From a virus (Duplodnaviria > Caudoviricetes): a stretch of DNA of 64,000 nucleotides. Positions 37,837-46,684 of the stretch are shown here, piece after piece; positions within the stretch are counted from its first letter, which is position 1, and each line of letters begins with the position of its first letter. The notes beneath the pieces are model-generated. The model searched no databases and was not told the DNA's origin. It saw only the letters and a program-made list of their open reading frames with translations. The position numbers and the translations under genes were made by a program. Location of the stretch: positions 27,321 to 91,320 of IMG/VR virus record IMGVR_UViG_3300014205_000010; one strand, given 5' to 3'.

Positions 37837-38547
37837 TTGGATCCAAAAATCGCAGAGCTGATTCGAAGGCTGGATGCCATGAAGAACAGCCCAAATGTCC
37901 ATGAAGCGGCAACGGCAGCCAAGAAGCTTCAAGAGTTGCTATTCAAGCACAATCTTCAAATGCAAGATGTGCCTGAAAAGCAGGAAGGCCCAGAATTTGT
38001 AAAAATCAAATTCGACCTTGGTGAAGGAAGAGCGGTTGCATGGAAGAGAGATCTTCTCAATGCAGTTTCTCGATACAACTTCTCTCGTTCATTCTATCAT
38101 CACGATGTTGATGCTCGAGGACATCTTCACCGCGTCAATTGGATGTGGCTACTCGGTCAGCGACACAACGTCGAGGTAGTTCAGTACCTCATGTCTTATC
38201 TGTCAGGCGAAATCATCCGCCTTTCAGATGTCAAGTACGATGAAGAAGGCTACGGAAACAAGGCTTCATGGAAGACACAGTTCTGTTATGGAGCGGTCCA
38301 AGGAGTCGCGGATGTTCTTCGAGCACAGTTTGAAGATAACCGAACCTCAAACTCCATGACCATGTCTTTGGTCGTAGTAAAGGACAAAGAGCTGACGCAA
38401 TTTGTCCAAAAGTCATTCGGAAAACTCAGCTCAATGAATCTTTCTGGTCGAAAAGACACGGACACGTTCAACAGAGGTCGAGAAGCTGGACATAACATTC
38501 AGATTCGGAAGGGTGTAGAAACCTCTTCAACTCGGCTTTTGAGCTAA
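37837..38547 (+). CDS. DUF2786-domain protein
   Basis: KIAELIRRL..SPNVHEAATAAKKLQELLFKHNL; FCYGAVQG; C-terminal RGREAG. Confidence 0.75.
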   Translation: MDPKIAELIRRLDAMKNSPNVHEAATAAKKLQELLFKHNLQMQDVPEKQEGPEFVKIKFDLGEGRAVAWKRDLLNAVSRYNFSRSFYHHDVDARGHLHRVNWMWLLGQRHNVEVVQYLMSYLSGEIIRLSDVKYDEEGYGNKASWKTQFCYGAVQGVADVLRAQFEDNRTSNSMTMSLVVVKDKELTQFVQKSFGKLSSMNLSGRKDTDTFNRGREAGHNIQIRKGVETSSTRLLS

Positions 38548-38555
38548 TTCATGTA

Positions 38556-38570
38556 GGAGAGAGCGGCTCC
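38556..38570 (+). promoter_or_regulatory. AGAGCGR-loop hairpin before RBS (copy 2)
   Basis: GGAG-AGAGCGG-CTCC. Confidence 0.6.
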
Positions 38571-38587
38571 CTTTAGGAGAATTTCAA

Positions 38588-38890
38588 ATGACTGTCAAAG
38601 AACTTATTGAGTTTCTTCAAGAGTATGATGAAGAAGCGCATGTCTTCATCATGCAGCAACCAAATTGGCCATTCGAATTCTCGATTCAAGGAATTATCTC
38701 GCGCCGAGAGATTTTCCAGAATAACATCGAATACGATGAGAATGGAGAACCTGAGGAAGAACTGAACGAAGAAGACTGGCCTAAGGAAGTGTCTTACAGC
38801 GATCGATGGGGAGCCAACAAGCTTCCACTGAACGATGTCTTCATCCTTGAAGGCACCCAACTCTGCTATGGGAGCAAAAACGCATGGTAG
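38588..38890 (+). CDS. Hypothetical early protein (MTVKELI family)
   Basis: AGGAG RBS. Confidence 0.75.
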   Translation: MTVKELIEFLQEYDEEAHVFIMQQPNWPFEFSIQGIISRREIFQNNIEYDENGEPEEELNEEDWPKEVSYSDRWGANKLPLNDVFILEGTQLCYGSKNAW

Positions 38891-39096
38891 CGCGCCAAGA
38901 ATGGATCATTCAATTCAGACGGTCCGATGACATGGGTTGGCATCGATTTGGTGGAGAATCGTGGCCACTCAAGCAGCAAGCTTATGATAAAGCCAAAAGT
39001 GAAAATCGACCAGAACTTGAATTTCGAATCAGGAGGCTGAAATATGACGAGCCAAAGCGACGAAAGGCAATTGGAAAACGAAAAAAAGCTGCGTGA
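38884..39096 (+). CDS. Hypothetical early protein
   Basis: GGAG RBS, overlapping start. Confidence 0.55.
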   Translation: MVARQEWIIQFRRSDDMGWHRFGGESWPLKQQAYDKAKSENRPELEFRIRRLKYDEPKRRKAIGKRKKAA

Positions 39097-39234
39097 AGAA
39101 GTAGTCAAAGCTGAAATTCAAGTTATCCTTGCTCAACAAGAATTGGCCAGGATAATGAACAATGTTCGATGCGCCAAAATTCAGTACCGCTCTCTTCGCG
39201 GTTACAGAGATGGGTGTTAATTAGAAAGGAAACT

Positions 39235-39570
39235 ATGGCAAGACACATTAAGAGAAGGAAGAGCTTTTCTAGAAACCAAAACAAAATATTAACACTGGCC
39301 CAGGCTCATGGCTGGGTCTGTTATATATGCGGAAAACAAATACCTAAAAAGGTATGGGATTTGCTTTCGCCAGATTCTCCTTCAATTGACCATGTTCTTC
39401 CACGAGCTCTTGAAGGAACTCGGGCAAGCCACAACATAAGACTCGCCCATAGACTCTGCAATGTCATAAAGGGAGACAAAACTGTAGAGGAAGCAAGGCA
39501 AATTTTGATAGAAAGAGGTATTGAAGTTGAAGACGTACCTGATTTCAGTCTGCATCTTACTGGTAGCTAG
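39235..39570 (+). CDS. HNH endonuclease
   Basis: CYICG...IDHVLPRALEG...NIRLAHRLCN; likely start at 39235 after AAGGA. Confidence 0.85.
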   Translation: MARHIKRRKSFSRNQNKILTLAQAHGWVCYICGKQIPKKVWDLLSPDSPSIDHVLPRALEGTRASHNIRLAHRLCNVIKGDKTVEEARQILIERGIEVEDVPDFSLHLTGS

Positions 39571-39594
39571 CTACTTTGTCGGAACAACTTTGTC

Positions 39595-40326
39595 ATGAAA
39601 AACAACCTACTGGTAGTAGACTGGGACTATTTCTTTCCGACCAATGAGAGGCCAGATGATGAAAATCTAAGGCCTGAGCGAGGTAATTGGTCTCTCTGGG
39701 ACTGGGGTCATAAAGAAACTGAATTTCATATCAATGATGTTTGGGCTATTAGAGGAGCAATGTTCAAAAGAGCTGGTATAGATTTACCTCAGACCAGTTC
39801 TAAGGAACTGTCCTTTTGGGATCGTTTTAACTTCAAGCCAAATAGCAGTACTTTGTACTTCGCGGACAGTAATATGTTTGCTGGCACGGCAAAATTCCTG
39901 GGGTACAAACACGTTTACCTGTTTGACGCTCACCATGATTGCAGTTATCGGCTTAAAAAGGCTGAAGAATTCTTTGATGGTGAGTCATTTTCTTGTGAAG
40001 ACTGGATGCTGAATCATTATTTCAGTGGCTCAAAACTTCATGTTCGTTACCCAGCCTGGAAGACTTATGCAATGGATGAGCCAATTCTAGGAGAACTTGG
40101 AGTAGATAGACAGATTGACGACGGTAAAGATCTAAGCCCGATCTTTGATCGAGTTTTTGTTTGTAGGTCTGGGGCATGGACGCCTCCTTGGATAGACCAC
40201 AAATTCATGACCTTCCTTAGAGCATGCCCTATTAGTAGGGTCGTCAATATGGATAACCTCAAGATTAGAAATCTTGATGAGGAACAATTCCAAGGATTCT
40301 TCGATGCTTTTGGAAGAACAATATGA
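39595..40326 (+). CDS. Putative metal-dependent hydrolase (arginase/deacetylase-like, UPF0489-like)
   Basis: VDWDYF and FDAHHD metal-ligand-like motifs. Confidence 0.5.
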   Translation: MKNNLLVVDWDYFFPTNERPDDENLRPERGNWSLWDWGHKETEFHINDVWAIRGAMFKRAGIDLPQTSSKELSFWDRFNFKPNSSTLYFADSNMFAGTAKFLGYKHVYLFDAHHDCSYRLKKAEEFFDGESFSCEDWMLNHYFSGSKLHVRYPAWKTYAMDEPILGELGVDRQIDDGKDLSPIFDRVFVCRSGAWTPPWIDHKFMTFLRACPISRVVNMDNLKIRNLDEEQFQGFFDAFGRTI

Positions 40327-40610
40327 AAAATATACTGATGCCATCTGATATCCTAGGCGAGCCGTATAGGCCATGCACTGTCTGTAAGAAGCAGGTATAT
40401 GCCATGGATATCTCCAAGCAATACACCAGAGATGGTTGGGCTCATGCCAATTGTCTGCGAAGGCCAGATGATCAGAGTTAATGAATGATATGATGTACCA
40501 GATATCATCAGATAACTTCAGATGACGTCTGTAAACGTCCAGCTATCATTCATATATATCCATATACATCATCATCTGAGAAAAACAGCCAATATATCAG
40601 GAGGTAAAAC

Positions 40611-40997
40611 ATGACTGCAATGGATTACTATGCAATGCAAGATGAGATATCTAAGCTCAAAACTGAGCGAGAAATTCTCATGAATGTTTTTGAAGCCTTA
40701 GTTTCTTTTAACGATCCAGAAATGCACATGGATAATGTAAGCATGATCTGTACCGGAGAATGTAAAGAGGCTAGGGCAGCTATCTTGAGAGCTCTAAAAG
40801 CAAGGCTTGTCCCATATAACTGGAATGAGGAGGCTGTCCAGAAATCTATTGAACTGCTAGAACTCCAAGACAGGGTTAGGATGCCATGTATTCGCTGTCA
40901 AGGTTCAGGCTTCATGGTTCTTGATTCTCCAAATCATGGTGGTCCTCCGACCTATCATGAACCTTGTTCATTCTGTAACAGTACTGGGTTTATCTAA
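40611..40997 (+). CDS. Hypothetical protein with C-terminal CxxCxGxG zinc finger
   Basis: CIRCQGSG...CSFCNSTG; AGGAGG RBS. Confidence 0.7.
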   Translation: MTAMDYYAMQDEISKLKTEREILMNVFEALVSFNDPEMHMDNVSMICTGECKEARAAILRALKARLVPYNWNEEAVQKSIELLELQDRVRMPCIRCQGSGFMVLDSPNHGGPPTYHEPCSFCNSTGFI

Positions 40998-41200
40998 TGG
41001 CCAGCTTATTTGTCATGCATAGAACCTGGACATCCAGAATATGGCACTGGCATAAGGATGGAAATGTTTCTGTATGCGAAAGATTCATATCAGATAATCT
41101 TTCACAGAAAAAGATACTTACTTTGAATCAGATTCAAGAAGCTCGTCTTCGTGTTTGCTCCTACTGTCAAAAACAAATTGATAAGAAAGGACCTAGGTAA
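40997..41200 (+). CDS. Small zinc-binding protein
   Basis: H...C...CSYC; TAATG coupling. Confidence 0.55.
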   Translation: MASLFVMHRTWTSRIWHWHKDGNVSVCERFISDNLSQKKILTLNQIQEARLRVCSYCQKQIDKKGPR

Positions 41201-41415
41201 TGACATTCACAAGCGCAGTAATCGATCTTAAGAACGCCGAAGAAGATCGAGGCATGATTAGAGCCGGTATTTCTCGTAGGCCAATATTCATTTTCATGGA
41301 TGAACTTCAAGTTCGAGCGCCGGAAGGTCATTTTGTGGATGCTCAGTTCACTATCGATGATTATATCGCTGATGACTGGGTAACACTTTCTCTAGAAGAT
41401 GAAGGCCCTGATTAG
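41200..41415 (+). CDS. Hypothetical protein (ADDW motif)
   Basis: TAATG coupling; DDYIADDW. Confidence 0.6.
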   Translation: MTFTSAVIDLKNAEEDRGMIRAGISRRPIFIFMDELQVRAPEGHFVDAQFTIDDYIADDWVTLSLEDEGPD

Positions 41416-41418
41416 ATA

Positions 41419-41487
41419 TTTACATCTTGTACCCGATGTTATATAATTAACTATACACTGTAAAAAATCTCCAGTGTATATCAGGAG
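41419..41487 (+). promoter_or_regulatory. Early promoter/stem-loop/RBS cassette
   Basis: TTTACA-17-TATAAT, TATACACTG/CAGTGTATA, AGGAG. Confidence 0.85.
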
Positions 41488-41495
41488 TAAGGAAA

Positions 41496-41810
41496 ATGGC
41501 AGAGTTCGAATATCAAGAATTGCAGGCAATTCCAGAAATGGACAATCGCACTGGCCCTCGAAAGACATCCATTGGCTACAGAATTTGGCAGATCATTGAA
41601 AAAACGGAAAGTGGAATCATTGAGTTGAAGCCGAATCCCAAGTATGACCTTCGCCAGGTGTATGCAAGTGTGTATCAGTTCTCGGTTCGATGGGGTAAGG
41701 AGTACCCAATGAGGGTTCGTTTCAGTGGCGAAAATCTCGTTATCTGGAACTACGTCCGATACAACGCTCGGGATGTTACAAAGGAAGTTGAAAACATTCT
41801 TTCTCAATAG
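41496..41810 (+). CDS. Hypothetical early protein
   Basis: Directly after a cassette. Confidence 0.75.
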   Translation: MAEFEYQELQAIPEMDNRTGPRKTSIGYRIWQIIEKTESGIIELKPNPKYDLRQVYASVYQFSVRWGKEYPMRVRFSGENLVIWNYVRYNARDVTKEVENILSQ

Positions 41811-41820
41811 AGTCCTATAG

Positions 41821-41862
41821 GGTGAGTGAGGTCTCGACAACCTCGCTCACTCTGCAACCTCA
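41821..41862 (+). ncRNA. Putative H-type pseudoknot leader RNA (copy B)
   Basis: P1 GGTGAG/CTCACT, P2 TGAGGT/ACCTCA, loop GACAAC; homologous to 12706-12748. Confidence 0.55.
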
Positions 41863-41875
41863 CATAGAGGATGAA

Positions 41876-42124
41876 ATGAGAAATCCTAGAGGTTTAGAAC
41901 CAGATCTCAAGATCTATCGTCGATTCGCATGTCCTTATTGCCAGCATCTTATTGTATTGTATTCTTCTAGATGGGAACTTGATCACACAGAATACCATTG
42001 TAGTCGATGTCATTTTACCTCAGCATTTGTTGAAAATATTTTGATACCATATCCAGTTTTTCATGCCATGGCTCATCTAGGTGCTCATGGTTTGGCCATA
42101 CCAAATGGAGATATAGACCTGTGA
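41876..42124 (+). CDS. Zinc-ribbon protein
   Basis: CPYC...CSRC; GAGGA RBS before the ATG at 41876. Confidence 0.6.
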   Translation: MRNPRGLEPDLKIYRRFACPYCQHLIVLYSSRWELDHTEYHCSRCHFTSAFVENILIPYPVFHAMAHLGAHGLAIPNGDIDL

Positions 42125-42681
42125 ATATTTTTGCTAGAAAATCACCATTATTTTTAGCTGGAGAACTTTGTCGTCTAGAACAGGCTAATGAAAGGCACGT
42201 TGAAGGAATTTTAAAAGCAGTTGAAAAATCTCCTTTCAATTCATTTATACACGTACCAAAAAATCTAGCTGAAGCATTACTGTATGTCAAAGAGATACCT
42301 AATACGCTACAGTTTGTTATTGTCAGAATTTCTGATGAAACTATAGTTGGGTGTACTAGGCTTCAGTTTCATCTTGAACATATGCAATTGGGCTGGACCT
42401 GGCTTCAAAAAGATGCCAGAGGTACTGGTATAAATCTTGAATCTAAAATTATATTGTTCAGATATTTGTTTGAAGTTCTTCGTGTCAATGAGGTGTATAT
42501 AACTGTTCCAACCAGAAATACTCCATCTATTAAAGCCATGAAAAAGCTTACTCTTGTTCATGTAACTGAAAACTTTAGTACTGTTTTTTGTTTGACTAGA
42601 GGAGAATGGACCTTTAGAAAAGATCAGATAATTGAAGCATCCAAGGCTAAGGGTATACACCTTGATCCTGATATATTATAA
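42121..42681 (+). CDS. GNAT (RimJ/RimL-type) acetyltransferase
   Basis: QLGWTWLQKDARGTGIN.ESK...N.PS.KAMKKL. Confidence 0.85.
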   Translation: MNIFARKSPLFLAGELCRLEQANERHVEGILKAVEKSPFNSFIHVPKNLAEALLYVKEIPNTLQFVIVRISDETIVGCTRLQFHLEHMQLGWTWLQKDARGTGINLESKIILFRYLFEVLRVNEVYITVPTRNTPSIKAMKKLTLVHVTENFSTVFCLTRGEWTFRKDQIIEASKAKGIHLDPDIL

Positions 42682-42722
42682 TTAACTATACACTGCAAAA
42701 ATACTCCAGTGTATATCAGGAG
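42654..42722 (+). promoter_or_regulatory. Early promoter/stem-loop/RBS cassette
   Basis: TATACA-17-TATAAT; 58 bp identical to 34892-34949. Confidence 0.85.
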
Positions 42723-42728
42723 AAAATA

Positions 42729-42923
42729 ATGCTGAGACTTGATTATCACCTTGTCGCGTTCGTTCGCGATGAGGAAGCAGCTGAAGGAGTGGAAAAGGCA
42801 GTCGTTGAAGGCACTTTCACTCTCTGGGTCAACGGCTTCCGGGTAGTCCTCGTAAGCGAGGTCAAGGAAAACGATCAGCCGTTCATGACCAACGATCTCC
42901 CTCAAGAATTCAACCGAGACTAG
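42729..42923 (+). CDS. Hypothetical early protein
   Basis: After a cassette. Confidence 0.7.
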   Translation: MLRLDYHLVAFVRDEEAAEGVEKAVVEGTFTLWVNGFRVVLVSEVKENDQPFMTNDLPQEFNRD

Positions 42924-42931
42924 GAGAAAGC

Positions 42932-43237
42932 ATGCCTACCAGGCCAGAGTTTACTGGTACTCTCGCTGATCTTCAGGCCAAGATGGCAAAGCTGAAGGAC
43001 AAAAATTCTACCACCCTGGATATGGATCCATCTCAGGACCCAAATACTAACCTCATCATCATGAAGCGAGATCTCTTCATCATCCTTCAAGATGAAGAAA
43101 GGATCAGAGGCGCTTACGATCAAATAGTTTTCATGGACCAAGATGGTGGAATTACCATCGTCTGCCACAACTTTGACTGCATTGCTGACAAAGAGTGGAC
43201 CTACACCGCATTCGGAGTTTTTCTAGAGGAGGATTAG
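42932..43237 (+). CDS. Hypothetical early protein
   Basis: AGGAG RBS. Confidence 0.7.
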   Translation: MPTRPEFTGTLADLQAKMAKLKDKNSTTLDMDPSQDPNTNLIIMKRDLFIILQDEERIRGAYDQIVFMDQDGGITIVCHNFDCIADKEWTYTAFGVFLEED

Positions 43238-43432
43238 ATGACAGTAAAAGAACTAGCCGAAAGGCTCAACAAGTTGTGCCAAGACGGTCATGGAGAAAAT
43301 GCCAGCATCATCGTAGTCCTCGAAGGTTCAAACGACATCGTCGCTTCAAGAGAGGTTTCCTTCAACTACGGTATGTGGACTGGAAGGCCCTCCCTGATCA
43401 TCAGAGCCAAGTCTTCGGCTGTAATTAGCTAA
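43238..43432 (+). CDS. Hypothetical early protein (MTVKEL family)
   Basis: GAGGAGG RBS. Confidence 0.7.
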   Translation: MTVKELAERLNKLCQDGHGENASIIVVLEGSNDIVASREVSFNYGMWTGRPSLIIRAKSSAVIS

Positions 43433-43440
43433 AATTACTA

Positions 43441-43457
43441 GGGAGAGAGCGACTCCC
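43441..43457 (+). promoter_or_regulatory. AGAGCGR-loop hairpin before RBS (copy 3)
   Basis: GGGAG-AGAGCGA-CTCCC. Confidence 0.6.
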
Positions 43458-43469
43458 ACTGGAGGAAGC

Positions 43470-43676
43470 ATGACAATCCAAGAGCTGATTGATGAAATGG
43501 CCCAACTTGATCCCTCCTTAGAAATCCGAGTCGAAATAGAAGACCTAAATGGACCTTATAGAGACGAGCCTCTCTTAAGCTGTAATTTCAGACCCGAAGG
43601 ATATGGTGCACAGCCTACTTTCTATCTTCAAGTTCAGATTCCTTACGATTACCAAAGCTATGATTTCGAGTTCTAG
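43470..43676 (+). CDS. Hypothetical early protein (MTIQELI family)
   Basis: GGAGG RBS. Confidence 0.7.
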   Translation: MTIQELIDEMAQLDPSLEIRVEIEDLNGPYRDEPLLSCNFRPEGYGAQPTFYLQVQIPYDYQSYDFEF

Positions 43677-43684
43677 CCTATCTA

Positions 43685-43753
43685 TATACATCAGGAGCCC
43701 GATATTATATAATTAACTATACGCTGTAAAAAATCTCCAGCGTATATCAGGAG
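43685..43753 (+). promoter_or_regulatory. Early promoter/stem-loop/RBS cassette with compensatory stem change
   Basis: TATACA-17-TATAAT, stem TATACGCTG/CAGCGTATA. Confidence 0.85.
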
Positions 43754-43758
43754 TGAAA

Positions 43759-43959
43759 ATGAAGACAATTATCTGGACTTGTGAAGAATGCCTGTACAGC
43801 AATCGGGTCAACATCAGCGATATTGATGAACCCGATACGGAACTTCTTCTCGATGTAACCATGCATCGTGATGATCATGACATGATTGAGGACGGACAGA
43901 TGCCAAGCAATCCGACCGTAGCTCAGATCATGATTCAGCTCAAGCTTAAATCGAAGTAG
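43759..43959 (+). CDS. Hypothetical early protein
   Basis: ATG 5 nt after AGGAG; CEEC. Confidence 0.65.
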   Translation: MKTIIWTCEECLYSNRVNISDIDEPDTELLLDVTMHRDDHDMIEDGQMPSNPTVAQIMIQLKLKSK

Positions 43960-44006
43960 CAGGAGCATATAGGCCCAGGGTATGAATCCTGGGTCTAGGC
44001 TAACTG

Positions 44007-44076
44007 TATACATCAGGAGCCAGATATTATATAATTAATTATACACTGATTCAAAATCTCCAGTGTATATCAGGAG
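44007..44076 (+). promoter_or_regulatory. Early promoter/stem-loop/RBS cassette
   Basis: TATACA-17-TATAAT, TATACACTG/CAGTGTATA, AGGAG. Confidence 0.85.
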
Positions 44077-44082
44077 AAAAGG

Positions 44083-44349
44083 ATGCCAAACAAACTCATG
44101 GTTCGTTGCCAAGGCATGGGAGCATGTTCATTGTCCAACGAAGTGTCAGAGTTCGCGATGGTAGAGCATAGCAAGTGCGACTATCGGTGCTGCCACAACC
44201 CAGATCATGACGAACGAGCAGTCGATGAGTACACCGGAAACGAAATCTGTGCCATCGCTCGACGTCCTGATGGTTCCATCTACATGTCCCACAGCGTACA
44301 CTTCGCCATGTGTGCCGAGTGTCAGAAAGCTGAGTTTGAACTTCCATGA
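44083..44349 (+). CDS. Cys/His-rich early protein
   Basis: After a cassette. Confidence 0.7.
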   Translation: MPNKLMVRCQGMGACSLSNEVSEFAMVEHSKCDYRCCHNPDHDERAVDEYTGNEICAIARRPDGSIYMSHSVHFAMCAECQKAEFELP

Positions 44350-44996
44350 ACAAAATCCAAAGGGTAGCTGTCGTCGGAGACTCGTTCGATAGCCTAATGT
44401 CTACTCGAAACATGGAACAAGTCGACAACGTCAACGGCAGTATCATCTATGAGGAAACTCAAGATAAAACTGTAAGGCGAAAGGTTCTTGGCTTCATCTA
44501 TATGATGCCAGGACGCGCTGAAAACAAGTTCTGGTATAATGCACCTATGGGCAAATTCAAAGATCGGGCTTCCATGATCACCAGGCTTGTTAGAACTGAG
44601 AATGGTAACCCAAAGGGTACAGAAATTGTATGTACTCTTGAAGGTGACATTGATGGTCTCTACGACGATGAGAAGACGGCAATCAAGTTGATCTTTGGTG
44701 AACATGCAAAAAGTTCTCCTGGTATCTGTACTACCAAGACGGCCTGGGCTGAGTGGGATTACATCTACGATCCAGAAGTAGACCCAGAGCCTGACTCTCT
44801 TGACCACCCAGAGCATTTCATGAATGAGGTGCTGACATTCAGGGAGATCATCAAAAGGTTCGAGGCTGATCCAATTGGCATGGTGACTGACCCTTCTACT
44901 CCAGCAACAGAGTGTATAGTCATGACTACCAAGGATGCTCATCTGGATCATGACTACATGGACGACTGGGATACAGACGAAGACACAGACTGGTAA
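44346..44996 (+). CDS. Hypothetical acidic early protein
   Basis: ATGA coupling; 216 aa. Confidence 0.7.
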   Translation: MNKIQRVAVVGDSFDSLMSTRNMEQVDNVNGSIIYEETQDKTVRRKVLGFIYMMPGRAENKFWYNAPMGKFKDRASMITRLVRTENGNPKGTEIVCTLEGDIDGLYDDEKTAIKLIFGEHAKSSPGICTTKTAWAEWDYIYDPEVDPEPDSLDHPEHFMNEVLTFREIIKRFEADPIGMVTDPSTPATECIVMTTKDAHLDHDYMDDWDTDEDTDW

Positions 44997-44997
44997 T

Positions 44998-45077
44998 AAT
45001 CCTTCAGGGTATATATCCTTCTGGGTATATATCCTCCGGGGTTAACAACCACCTGGGTCTATATCCTTCGGGGTCTA
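44998..45077. repeat. Five 16-bp tandem iteron-like repeats
   Basis: GGGT at 45007, 45023, 45039, 45055 and 45071; consensus WATCCTYCNGGGTMWA. Confidence 0.85.
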
Positions 45078-46182
45078 GACCCATAGGTACCCTCACGCTC
45101 CTGCTCCTACCAATAGGCTGTCTGTATACACCTACGATAGCAGAACCTGTTGGTTACCTGATGAAAATATTTGGGCCCTCCTTGGATCCCTCTGATCCTC
45201 TATCAGTTTACTAATCTATTTCTATATACGATTTCAATCAATTTACACTGTCGGTTTGATTCATTTCATGACCAAACTCAGTCTGTTTCACCATTCTCCT
45301 GGCAAAAGTCAGTCTGTTTCACTATTCTCGCAATGGTTTAATCACTGAAACACGCCCGCCGGCTATCGCATAAGAACTGATGTGTAAAAAAATCACCTCT
45401 GCTCACTAAAATGAGCGCTGCCTCACTATTTTCGCAAATGAATAGGCTCCCTAACACCCTCTTCTTCCAACTCACTGCCTCACTCCAGGTGTACTGAAAA
45501 TAATTTGGGCCCTCCTTGGAACCCACTTCTCCTCCTACTATCTATAAGAGGAGATACACTCTAATTCTACTCTTTCTGCTCAGTCACCTTTCTCGACAAT
45601 CTCCGGTCACTCTGTTGTTCTCTTATCTGCTCTCTCTCTTTTTCTGTACCTGTACTCTCTCCTCCTCTCCTCTCTGATCCCTCTCTTTCTAGCCTTATTA
45701 TTTTGTCTATTACACCCAATACTCGCTCTTTCTCAGCTCTCCTCTCTTAATCTTCTCTTTTCTCTTGATCCTGTTTCAACATTTAACCTTGTCCTGCGTC
45801 TGGAAGTTATAAAATTTGATGATTATCGCGATGGAGGGGCGAATCGGCAGCGTCTAGAAAATAGTGTTTTCCTGACATTAGTGTTTTCTGTACTTGCTCT
45901 AACTCCTCTCCTCCTCACCTCCGGTTCATCGGCCGGGCCTCTGCAGTCAAAAAATAGCCATTAATCCTGGCCGACCCGCTGCAGACGTGACCCAGCAATA
46001 AGTACCGGGCCTCTAGAGCTAGCCCAGGGCTCACCAGGGACTCGTCCGGACGCGACCGGGCTTGGCCGGGACACCTCCAGGCTTCAGGACGCTAACCTGA
46101 CCACCCAAGGGCTTGTGTAGGCCTATTAACTCACCTTCTCCACGTTGGCTGTCGACATCGGGGTGACCTTATCGTGACAATA

Positions 46183-46268
46183 TAATCACTCAGGTCTATA
46201 TCCGTCTGGGTCAATACCCTCCAGGGTCACAATCCTCCAGGGTCACAACCCTCCGGGGTCAGAATCCT
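46183..46268. repeat. Second array of the same 16-bp repeat
   Basis: (A/G)GGT at 46192, 46208, 46224, 46240 and 46256. Confidence 0.85.
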
Positions 46269-46303
46269 TAGCAGACATTATTTTTTGAGTACCTGCCTAC
46301 CTA

Positions 46304-46372
46304 TATACATCAGGAGCCCGGTATTATATAATAGATATATACACACCAAAAAATTCAAGTGTATAGCGGGAG
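46304..46372 (+). promoter_or_regulatory. Early promoter/stem-loop/RBS cassette
   Basis: TATACA-17-TATAAT, TATACAC/GTGTATA, GGGAG. Confidence 0.8.
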
Positions 46373-46381
46373 AAAAACCAC

Positions 46382-46684
46382 ATGGAAATCATTGAATCGG
46401 CCAAGCTCAACCACAACATTTGGTACAAGGTGGAAGCGGACTTCGGCGGTCTCAACGCAGACGATGATGGGCACGAACTTCGTACCATGATCAGTGAGTT
46501 CGTGTCGAAGGAGTGGCCAACTCTGGTCGGACCATACTCTCACCTCTCGTTCTCCACCGAGACCATCAATTGGAAGCCCACTGGCTGTCTCTTCGAATGG
46601 TCCACCGAGGCTCTGAGCAGTGACCTCATGAGTAACCCAACCATCACGATCCTCTTTTTCGAAAAGGATTTGCCAGTAGACTAA
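46382..46684 (+). CDS. Hypothetical early protein
   Basis: After a cassette. Confidence 0.7.
   Translation: MEIIESAKLNHNIWYKVEADFGGLNADDDGHELRTMISEFVSKEWPTLVGPYSHLSFSTETINWKPTGCLFEWSTEALSSDLMSNPTITILFFEKDLPVD

Noticed and set aside
40540-40610. Another promoter/stem-loop cassette
   Set aside because: Only TATACATCA and TATATCAGGAG remnants are present; the -10 box and stem are missing. Possibly a decayed copy.
44998-46268. 16-bp arrays as mini-CRISPR
   Set aside because: Head-to-tail repeats with no unique spacers.
33563-46372. Repeated palindromic 60-70 bp units as a CRISPR array, given the Cas4-like gene
   Set aside because: Spacing is 0.3-3.7 kb and filled with genes, the units are promoters with RBSs, and stand-alone Cas4-like nucleases are common in phages.
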